This document shows, piece by piece, positions 19,021-26,574 of a stretch of DNA of 64,000 bases. Below the pieces are notes generated by a model, which ran no database searches, was not told the origin of the DNA, and worked only from the letters and a program-made list of their open reading frames with translations. This DNA is from Candidatus Hydrothermarchaeum profundi (lineage in GTDB: Archaea; Hydrothermarchaeota; Hydrothermarchaeia; Hydrothermarchaeales; Hydrothermarchaeaceae): contig MTMF02000009.1 of the NCBI GenBank assembly GCA_002011125.2, positions 648,889 through 712,888 on the forward strand, read 5' to 3'. Within the stretch, counting starts at the first letter, position 1, and each line of letters opens with the position of its first letter. Position numbers and translations under genes: made by a program.

Positions 19021-19053
19021 ACACAAACTATGGAAGAAGAAAAAATTTATATA
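19021..19053 (+). promoter_or_regulatory. BRE/TATA promoter of the propeller-ABC operon with upstream motif ACACAAACTAT
   Basis: GAAAAAA-TTTATATA at 19039-19053; the motif at 19021-19031 ends 14 bp upstream of the TATA. Confidence 0.6.
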
Positions 19054-19110
19054 TTGTTTAGGCAACCCCCTACTAGATTAGGTTAAAATTTTTGGATAGG
19101 AGGTGAAGAA

Positions 19111-20346
19111 GTGAAATATATTTTCAGCGCTACCTTTGTCGCTCTGTTGTTTATGGCCGTACTAGCATCGGGATGCATAGGGGGGGAAAAAGCAGCACCA
19201 TCTGAAACAGTAGCTCCTGAAGAAACTGCCCCGCCGGCTGTAACACTAGCTAAAGGAAGAGCTTTCACAGCGGGGCATGGGGGACACTTAGCGGTTATAG
19301 ATTTTGCGATAAATCCTAAAACTAAGGAATTTACAATATATAGCATAGGTAGGTTGGTGGCATATAGTCCTGATGGAAAAAAATACGGTGCAGAGAAAGC
19401 TTCTCATACAGTGTCTCTTTCTAAGGATGGCAAAACTCTCTACTGGGCGGCATTAGATGGAACGATAACTGAGATTGATCTGGATGCGGTAGGATTGACT
19501 CTAGATAAGGCTCCAGTAGGCACTCTGAAAGAATGGAGGACTTATAAGGCAAAGGATGTTGAGTGGGCTGAATTAGGTGGAGAAACTGATAATCTCCATT
19601 GTGGTTCAAGTCTAAGTCCTGATGGAAAGACGCTCTATGTTTCCAGTATAGGCAGCGGTGCAGTGCTCGTATATGATACCACAACGCATAAAAAAGTGGA
19701 CAAAATACCTGTAGATGCGTTTGGTTGTACTGCTGAAGTTACCCCGGATGGCAAATACTTATACTTCGCAAATATGGCGGCAGGCGTAGTCGACAAAGTT
19801 GACCTTTCTACTAGGGAGATCGTTAAGAAAATAGATACTACACAATACAATGGATATTTCTTGCATATAGGAGAGTTAGCGCCTGATGGTAGATACCTCT
19901 GGCAGACTGCGGCTAATGAATTTAAGGAAGGTAAGCCATACAATATACCCATCGAAGGAGCTTCAGGCATAGGCCAGGGCTATGTGATAATAATAGATAC
20001 GGTGAATGATAAAGTCGTAGATGCACTTAATGTCCCAGGTAACCCGCATGATGTGACCTTTACTAAAGATGGAAGGTTTGCCATTCTTTCAGCGAGGCAT
20101 CTGCCTGAGAATCCAACTAGTAGTGGCTTAGTCCTTGTTGATACTACTGAGAAAAAAGTTATCAGCGAGCATGATGTTTGTGGAGCATGTCATGATGAAC
20201 TAGGTGCTGATGTCAGCGAGTTTATAGATCCTGAGACTCAAGTGCTAACGAATCTAGGCTTGCTTGAACATCCTGAAACCGGACTCGCTTTGGCTTGCGG
20301 TATAGATATTACCTGGGAAAAGAGTACTACCTTAGGGTGCATGTAA
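19111..20346 (+). CDS. YVTN/YncE-type beta-propeller lipoprotein with one CxxCH heme site
   Basis: Lipobox ASGC, Pro/Ala/Glu linker, repeated S/T-P-D-G-K/R blades, CGACH; strong SD GGAGGTGA. Confidence 0.85.
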   Translation: MKYIFSATFVALLFMAVLASGCIGGEKAAPSETVAPEETAPPAVTLAKGRAFTAGHGGHLAVIDFAINPKTKEFTIYSIGRLVAYSPDGKKYGAEKASHTVSLSKDGKTLYWAALDGTITEIDLDAVGLTLDKAPVGTLKEWRTYKAKDVEWAELGGETDNLHCGSSLSPDGKTLYVSSIGSGAVLVYDTTTHKKVDKIPVDAFGCTAEVTPDGKYLYFANMAAGVVDKVDLSTREIVKKIDTTQYNGYFLHIGELAPDGRYLWQTAANEFKEGKPYNIPIEGASGIGQGYVIIIDTVNDKVVDALNVPGNPHDVTFTKDGRFAILSARHLPENPTSSGLVLVDTTEKKVISEHDVCGACHDELGADVSEFIDPETQVLTNLGLLEHPETGLALACGIDITWEKSTTLGCM

Positions 20347-20376
20347 AATAGACTGCACCCTTTTTTTTATTTTTTA
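20334..20376 (+). terminator. Hairpin plus T-tract after the propeller gene
   Basis: AGGGTGCA...TGCACCCT 8-bp stem followed by T8-A-T6. Confidence 0.65.
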
Positions 20377-20415
20377 AAAATATTTTTTTATTTTAATACT
20401 ATCTGAGGATTTTGC

Positions 20416-21633
20416 ATGGAAAAATTGAGCTTAACGTATGTAGCAAGGAAAAATATTAAGCGAAAGCTCTTTCGCAGTATTGCGTTAATACTAGCGGTAG
20501 GTATAGCAACTGGGGCTCTGTTTTCGAGTATTCTTATAATGAAAAGTGTGGAGCGTGGTTCTAAGACTGCTGTCTCCATGTTAGGGGCAGATTTAATGGT
20601 AGCACCTACTGGTTATGAAGCTGCGGCAAGAAGTTCTTTACTGGCTGGAGAACCACAGACCTTCTATATGGATCGCTCTATAGAAGAAAAAATAGCTAAG
20701 ATAGATGGCGTTGAAAAAACTTCATCACAAGTTTACGCGGAGACCTCTTCTTATCCCTGCTGTGGATTTAGGAAATCCTTTTTAGTCGGGTTTGATCCGA
20801 AAACGGATTTCACCGTCATGCCTTGGCTTAATAAAAAATTAGATAGGCCTTTTGGTGGGAATGATGTTATAATAGGCAGCGAGATTCCGGCTTACCCTGG
20901 ATTTACAACCTATGTGCATGGTCATGAGTTAACAATATGGGGGACTCTTCATCGCACAGGTCTGAAATATTTTGATAACACCATTTTTATTCCTATCGAG
21001 ACTCTCTATAAAATAGCCGAGGAAACTAGGCTGAATAGCAATGTAGCACCATTAGAAATCAACCGAAATCAAATTTCTGTAGTACTTGTTAAAGGAGAAG
21101 AGAAAGTCAGGCCAGACGTGTTAGAAGTTAGAATCGAAGGAAGAGTGCCCGGCGTTATTGCAATTCCTGTTGAGAGCGTAGTTCATACGGTTAAAATACA
21201 GGTTTCCTCTCTTTTTGGGAGCCTCTTCATTTTATCAGCGGTTTTGTGGGTTGCTAATACTCTTATGATTAGCGCTATTTTTTCTACGATCGTTTCTGAG
21301 AGGCAGAGGGAGCTGGGTATTCTTAGGGCGATTGGGGCTGATAGGAACGCGGTTTTTAGGCTTATAATATTGGAGGCGGTTATCTTAACAAGCATCGGAG
21401 GCATACTCGGAATAGCTTCTGGCCAGCTTATATTTTTAGCATTTAAAAATAGTATAACATCATCATTTACTTCTTTAAAAATACCATATATATGGCCTAG
21501 TGCCGTGAACATTTTGATGATTTCTCTGCTGAGTTTTATATCCGCGGTTAGTATGGGCGTCTTTGGGGCCATTTACCCAGCATTCAATAGCACTAAAATG
21601 GAGCCTTATCTAGCAATTAGGGCCGGTGAGTGA
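20416..21633 (+). CDS. MacB/FtsX (LolC/E)-type ABC permease
   Basis: TM1, large external domain, SERQRELGILRAIGA motif, 3 further TM; SYPCCG. Confidence 0.9.
   Translation: MEKLSLTYVARKNIKRKLFRSIALILAVGIATGALFSSILIMKSVERGSKTAVSMLGADLMVAPTGYEAAARSSLLAGEPQTFYMDRSIEEKIAKIDGVEKTSSQVYAETSSYPCCGFRKSFLVGFDPKTDFTVMPWLNKKLDRPFGGNDVIIGSEIPAYPGFTTYVHGHELTIWGTLHRTGLKYFDNTIFIPIETLYKIAEETRLNSNVAPLEINRNQISVVLVKGEEKVRPDVLEVRIEGRVPGVIAIPVESVVHTVKIQVSSLFGSLFILSAVLWVANTLMISAIFSTIVSERQRELGILRAIGADRNAVFRLIILEAVILTSIGGILGIASGQLIFLAFKNSITSSFTSLKIPYIWPSAVNILMISLLSFISAVSMGVFGAIYPAFNSTKMEPYLAIRAGE
21235..21416 (+). repeat. 182-bp exact direct repeat, copy 1 (copy 2 at 23130-23311)
   Basis: Identical nucleotide block TCAGCGGTTTTGTGG...CTCGGAATAGC in both permease genes. 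Confidence 0.92.
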
Positions 21634-22312
21634 AATGATAGTTACAGAAAATCTGACTAAAATATATAGGGTTGGAGACAGGGATATAGAGGCAGTCATT
21701 GATGTAGGACTTAGAATTAGTGATAATGAATTCGTATCTATTGTAGGCCATTCTGGTAGTGGGAAGACAACATTATTAAGCATGATAGGCGGTCTTACAA
21801 GGCCGACTAAAGGGAAAGTGTTTGTAGATGGTATAGATATTTGGTCGCTAGGAGATAAGGAACTTTCTAAGTTGAGGAATGAGAAGATCGGGTTTATTTT
21901 TCAGTTCTCAAGTCTAATACCTACTTTAACCGCACTTGAAAATGTCATGCTACCGGCGACCTTCAGCCAAAATAAGAAAAAAGAGGTGGCTATACGAGCT
22001 GAAGAAATGCTTGATCTTGTAGAACTCTCTCATAGGATCGATTCTTATCCATCACAACTTTCAGGAGGTGAGCAGAGGAGAGTTGCCATAGCTAGGGCGT
22101 TAGTAAATAAGCCAAAGATAATTCTCGCAGATGAGCCGACAGGCGATTTAGATCATGAAACGGAAAAAGATGTAATAGACCTCTTTCTCAAAATAAATAA
22201 AGAATTTAATACGACTTTTTTGCTCGTAACTCACAACATAGAATTAGCCATGAAGGCTGATAGAAAATTAGTGATGGATCAAGGTAAAATAATAGAAGAT
22301 CCAAATGACTAG
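21626..22312 (+). CDS. LolD/MacB-type ABC ATP-binding protein
   Basis: GHSGSGKT, GFIFQ, LSGGEQRR, LADEPTGDLD, VTH. Confidence 0.93.
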   Translation: MSEMIVTENLTKIYRVGDRDIEAVIDVGLRISDNEFVSIVGHSGSGKTTLLSMIGGLTRPTKGKVFVDGIDIWSLGDKELSKLRNEKIGFIFQFSSLIPTLTALENVMLPATFSQNKKKEVAIRAEEMLDLVELSHRIDSYPSQLSGGEQRRVAIARALVNKPKIILADEPTGDLDHETEKDVIDLFLKINKEFNTTFLLVTHNIELAMKADRKLVMDQGKIIEDPND

Positions 22313-23528
22313 TGTAAGTTTGTCTTATTTAGCACGAAGAAATATAGTTCGCAAATCTTTCCGGAGTATTGTACTTATATTTGCGGTGAGCATCTCAGTC
22401 GGCGTCTTATTCTCTACCACTTTGATGCTTAAAAGCATCGATAAAGGAATAAAAGTGGAAATGGAGAGGTTAGGGGCAGACTTACTTGTGGCTCCGGTAG
22501 GATATGAAGCTAAGGCCCGTACAGTACTTGTTAGTGGAGAGCCGCAAATATTCTATATGGGCGAAGAAGTTGTTGATAAAATAATAGCTATTCCAGGGGT
22601 TGTAGCTGCTTCTCCGCAGATTTTTATGGAAACCTCTTCTTATTTGCTGTGTTGCGAGATTTTAGAAACTTTGTTAGTCGGGTTTGACCCAGAAACAGAC
22701 TTTACAGTGACCCCATGGATAGAGTCTAGGGTAGATGGGCCTATTGATTATGAGCGTGACATTATTACAGGAGGGATGGTGGCTGTGTATGAAGGATATG
22801 CATATTATATCTACGGACAGGAGTTTAGAGTTTATGCGAGACTTCAGAAGACAGGGTTAAATTATTTTGATAGGACGATCTTTATCCCTCGAGCTCGAGC
22901 ATATAAGTTGGCACAGCAAACAAAAGAGAGGAAAGGGGTAGCTCCACTGAAATTATCTTCTGGAGATGTCTCGATTGTTTTAGTGAGAGTTTCGCCTAAT
23001 GCGAATGTAACAAAAATAGCGGAACAGATAAAGAGAGATATCCCTGATGTAAGTGTTTTAAAGATACAGGATATGCTTGCAAATACTAAACAGATATTCC
23101 TTAAATTGTTTGGAGGCTTACTAGTATTTTCAGCGGTTTTGTGGGTTGCTAATACTCTTATGATTAGCGCTATTTTTTCTACGATCGTTTCTGAGAGGCA
23201 GAGGGAGCTGGGTATTCTTAGGGCGATTGGGGCTGATAGGAACGCGGTTTTTAGGCTTATAATATTGGAGGCGGTTATCTTAACAAGCATCGGAGGCATA
23301 CTCGGAATAGCCGTGGGAAGTATTACTTTTACTATTTTTAAGAGCCATATATTATCCTCTTTTACTATGCTTAAGTTCCCTTATATCTGGCCTTCCTCTC
23401 CTGAAATTTTGGCAATCGGTTTAGGTAGCTTCTTGGCATCCCTAGCTATGGGGATTATTGGAGCATTATATCCTGGCTTTATATCTACAAAATTAGAGCC
23501 ATATTTTGCAATAAGAAAAGGAGAATAA
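22305..23528 (+). CDS. MacB/FtsX (LolC/E)-type ABC permease, paralog of 20416-21633
   Basis: Same topology; SYLLCCE. Confidence 0.9.
   Translation: MTSVSLSYLARRNIVRKSFRSIVLIFAVSISVGVLFSTTLMLKSIDKGIKVEMERLGADLLVAPVGYEAKARTVLVSGEPQIFYMGEEVVDKIIAIPGVVAASPQIFMETSSYLLCCEILETLLVGFDPETDFTVTPWIESRVDGPIDYERDIITGGMVAVYEGYAYYIYGQEFRVYARLQKTGLNYFDRTIFIPRARAYKLAQQTKERKGVAPLKLSSGDVSIVLVRVSPNANVTKIAEQIKRDIPDVSVLKIQDMLANTKQIFLKLFGGLLVFSAVLWVANTLMISAIFSTIVSERQRELGILRAIGADRNAVFRLIILEAVILTSIGGILGIAVGSITFTIFKSHILSSFTMLKFPYIWPSSPEILAIGLGSFLASLAMGIIGALYPGFISTKLEPYFAIRKGE
23130..23311 (+). repeat. 182-bp exact direct repeat, copy 2
   Basis: Identical to 21235-21416. Confidence 0.92.
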
Positions 23529-23554
23529 AGTAATTAAAACTAATTTCCTAACCT

Positions 23555-23950
23555 TTAAGAACGTTGGGCTTTTACTTCAACGCTGCCAAATTTTTCGAAT
23601 TCTAATATGAGAGTTATCTCATCTTCTGAAGGATCAGCTCCAAATGCCATTATATGATAGCCGCCTCTTTTAAGTGGCACCGTTTCTCCTTTTGGAATCT
23701 CAATTTTATCAACCTTTAGCATCATTCCGCCTGCTATGGTATGAAGCTCTACTTTTGCATTTGGAAACTCCTTTATTTTAGCCGAGATTAGATTATCTGC
23801 TCCTCCATGATTCTCTATAACCATAAAAATGGAGATAGCATTAGACATCCCGGAAGACATGAAATATACATCATGGACCTTGATCTCCGGAGGATTATTT
23901 ATGCATCCTGCTGCTACTATAAATATAGCGAGTAGAAGATATCTTCCCAT
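23555..23950 (-). CDS. Copper chaperone PCu(A)C family lipoprotein
   Basis: VELH...MM...LKRGGYHIM metal motif, D-N-L; lipobox AAGC; start placed at MGRYLL. Confidence 0.85.
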   Translation of the reverse strand: MGRYLLLAIFIVAAGCINNPPEIKVHDVYFMSSGMSNAISIFMVIENHGGADNLISAKIKEFPNAKVELHTIAGGMMLKVDKIEIPKGETVPLKRGGYHIMAFGADPSEDEITLILEFEKFGSVEVKAQRS

Positions 23951-24152
23951 ATTGGTTGAATAAGCGTAGAATAATCTAGAAAATTTCATATTTCAGAGGC
24001 CCCTAAATTGGATTTCTTTTATTCTTTATACGATTGATGTTTTAACTTTTTTGCTACTTACTGCTAAAAAGGCTCTGAGCTAGTCTTTAAATTTATTATA
24101 TTCAGAAGAAATAATAAAAAACTATATTAACCATAGGAAATACGCTGTTAAT

Positions 24153-25505
24153 ATGCCTATCCATCCTATTGATTTCAGGTACGGAAGTCCTGAGATGAAG
24201 GCTATTTTTGAAGAGGAAAGTAGGTTGCAGAAATTACTTGATGTGGAAGCGGCTTTAGCGAGAGCGCACAAGAAAGTAGGCAATATCCCAAAAGAAGCGG
24301 CTGATATTATATCAAAAAATGCTACCGTGGATAAAGTAAAACTATCGAGGGTTAAAGAAATAGAAAATGAGATAAAACATGATCTTATGGCGGTTGTTAA
24401 GGCTCTGTCGGAGCAATGTGGAGAAGCTGGAAAGTACGTTCACTTGGGCGCTACTTCATATGATATAATAGACACAGCTAATGCATTGCAGTTCAGAGAA
24501 GCTTTAGAGGTCGTTGTTAAAGACCTTTATACTTTGGAGGGTGTGTTGCTAGATCTTGCAGAGAGGTACATCGATACTGTAGCCGTGGGCAGAACTCACG
24601 GACAACACGCCACCCCTATTACTTATGGCTTAAAATTCGCTATTTGGGCGAGAGAAACTAGAAGACATATAAAGCGCTTGCAACAGATGAAAGAGAGGGT
24701 TTTGGTTGGTAAAATGACCGGAGCGGTTGGGACGCAGGCATCTTTCGGTACGCAGGGGCCTAGGATTCAGGAGCTAGTGATGGAAGACTTAGGACTCAAG
24801 GCAGTCATGGTGTCTAATCAAGTAGTGCAAAGAGATAGATACGCTGAACTCATATCTATGCTCGCATTGATAGCAGCGTCACTTGACAAGTTTGCTAAAG
24901 AAATTAGGAATTTAATGCGTACTGAAATAGCGGAGGTTAGCGAGCCTTTTGCAGTAGACAAGCAGGTGGGGTCTTCTACAATGCCTCATAAAAGGAATCC
25001 TATTAATTGTGAGAAGGTCTGTGGATTAGCGAGAGTAGTGAAGTCAAATGTATTTGTCGCTTTAGAAAATGTGGCTCTCGAGCATGAACGAGACCTTACT
25101 AACTCCTCTCCAGAGAGAGTTATCTTTCCAGAGAGCTTTATCCTATTAGATGAGATGTTGAAAACAATGATCAAGGTTCTTAGAGGCTTAGTTTTATTCC
25201 CGGATAATATAGAGAGAAACTTGATGATGACTCGGGGATTAGAGATGGCAGAGGCAGTGATGATAGCTTTGGTCGAAAAAGGATTAGGCAGACAGGATGC
25301 TCACGAAATGTTAAGGGAAATATCTATGGAGGCTTATAAAAAGGGAGAATCGTTAGAGGAGGCTTTAAAGAAGGACTCTAGGATAACACAGCTTCTAAGC
25401 GATGAGGAGATTTCAAAGCTTGTAGATCCTCATAACTATATAGGAACTGCTATAGAGCAGGTGAGAAATGTCCTCGAAGTTTCTAGAAGAGAAAGAATTT
25501 CGTAA
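24153..25505 (+). CDS. purB: Adenylosuccinate lyase
   Basis: KHD, HLGATS, GRTHGQHA, GSSTMPHKRNP signature. Confidence 0.96.
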   Translation: MPIHPIDFRYGSPEMKAIFEEESRLQKLLDVEAALARAHKKVGNIPKEAADIISKNATVDKVKLSRVKEIENEIKHDLMAVVKALSEQCGEAGKYVHLGATSYDIIDTANALQFREALEVVVKDLYTLEGVLLDLAERYIDTVAVGRTHGQHATPITYGLKFAIWARETRRHIKRLQQMKERVLVGKMTGAVGTQASFGTQGPRIQELVMEDLGLKAVMVSNQVVQRDRYAELISMLALIAASLDKFAKEIRNLMRTEIAEVSEPFAVDKQVGSSTMPHKRNPINCEKVCGLARVVKSNVFVALENVALEHERDLTNSSPERVIFPESFILLDEMLKTMIKVLRGLVLFPDNIERNLMMTRGLEMAEAVMIALVEKGLGRQDAHEMLREISMEAYKKGESLEEALKKDSRITQLLSDEEISKLVDPHNYIGTAIEQVRNVLEVSRRERIS

Positions 25506-26103
25506 TTTTTTCAACATACTTGGAGACTTGGAGCAAAGGGAAGAAATATTAGCCCAACTAGCAGAAAAAATAGAAGAGGGATCTAAAGTTGTAGATATAG
25601 CGACCGGCTCAGGATATTTTGCAAGGAATTTTTTAGAGAGAGAAGTATTCCTTGTATGCGTTGATATCGATACAAGGGCATTAATGTCTTTGAAAAAAGA
25701 GTTGTCCTCAATTTCTAAGAAAGCGCATTTTGAATTTATAATATCAGATGCCGCATGGTTGCCATTTAAAGAGCACGTGTTTGAGTACTCCATCGGCTGG
25801 TCAGCTCTTGTTCACATAAAAGACTGGAGAATCTCGGTTGAAGAGATGTTTAGAGTTTCTAGGAACATTATTTTAGCTGAGCCCTCCGGCGAGTATGCGG
25901 TTAGAGCGTTTAGAGATTTCATGTACAACTATAGCCCTCCTTCTCCCAGAGAGTGGTTAGGAGAATTTTATAGAAGGGGAAGTGTAAATATAAAGATAAA
26001 GGACTTTGTAATGGTGGTAGAGGTAAAAAGTGAGAATCGTAGTTGTGCTCCTAATGTTAATAGCAGTCTCTGGGTGCCTTCCTCAAAAGGTAGAGAGGCA
26101 TGA
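25468..26103 (+). CDS. Class I SAM-dependent methyltransferase
   Basis: VDIATGSG motif I, VDID, DAAWLPF. Confidence 0.8.
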   Translation: MSSKFLEEKEFRNFFNILGDLEQREEILAQLAEKIEEGSKVVDIATGSGYFARNFLEREVFLVCVDIDTRALMSLKKELSSISKKAHFEFIISDAAWLPFKEHVFEYSIGWSALVHIKDWRISVEEMFRVSRNIILAEPSGEYAVRAFRDFMYNYSPPSPREWLGEFYRRGSVNIKIKDFVMVVEVKSENRSCAPNVNSSLWVPSSKGREA

Positions 26104-26569
26104 GTTAGAGATTGAACCAGTTCTTGACCACTATGCCCTAAACGGCTATACAGAAAGTGCAGGGGAGGGCCTATACGTTATCCCAGGTTCCATAAAGGAT
26201 GCTAAGAGTGGACTACAGGAGATCGTTATTAACGGTGAGCCTCCTAAAACAGTATTTAGTACTGGTGATGAGCTAAATTTCGTAGTTTTCAGAGGAGTTT
26301 TTCCGACGGGCGGATTTAGTATTGAGATTAGAAGAGTTGAGAAGGAGAACACCTTTTTCTTCATTTTCGCTGACTATATAGATCCTGGGAAGGGCATGGC
26401 TGTGACTCATGCATATACATCACCTGCGGTGATAATACCTATAGGCAGGCTTGAAAGAGGCAACTACCGAGTAATGCTCCTTGTCACTAAAGTCCGTAGG
26501 ACCGCTGAGGGCGATGAAATAGTATATGAGGATAGGGAAAAAGCTATGGCGGAGTTCTCGGTAAAGTAG
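26030..26569 (+). CDS. PrcB C-terminal-domain lipoprotein
   Basis: Lipobox VSGC; RGVFPTGGFSIEI and VTHAYTSP resemble the PrcB_C pattern. Confidence 0.7.
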   Translation: MRIVVVLLMLIAVSGCLPQKVERHELEIEPVLDHYALNGYTESAGEGLYVIPGSIKDAKSGLQEIVINGEPPKTVFSTGDELNFVVFRGVFPTGGFSIEIRRVEKENTFFFIFADYIDPGKGMAVTHAYTSPAVIIPIGRLERGNYRVMLLVTKVRRTAEGDEIVYEDREKAMAEFSVK

Positions 26570-26574
26570 TTTCT

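Noticed and set aside
19111-20346. Calling the propeller NosZ or NirS
   Set aside because: It is too short, lacks a CuA cupredoxin domain and an N-terminal cytochrome c domain, and has no nosD or nir genes alongside
21183-23299. Antisense ORFs 21183-21572 and 22862-23299 sharing identical peptide sequence
   Set aside because: A by-product of the 182-bp repeat on the opposite strand of real genes
24030-24082. Possible box C/D sRNA (TTGATGT...CTGA) upstream of purB
   Set aside because: Degenerate C box, no C'/D' boxes, AT-rich promoter-like context
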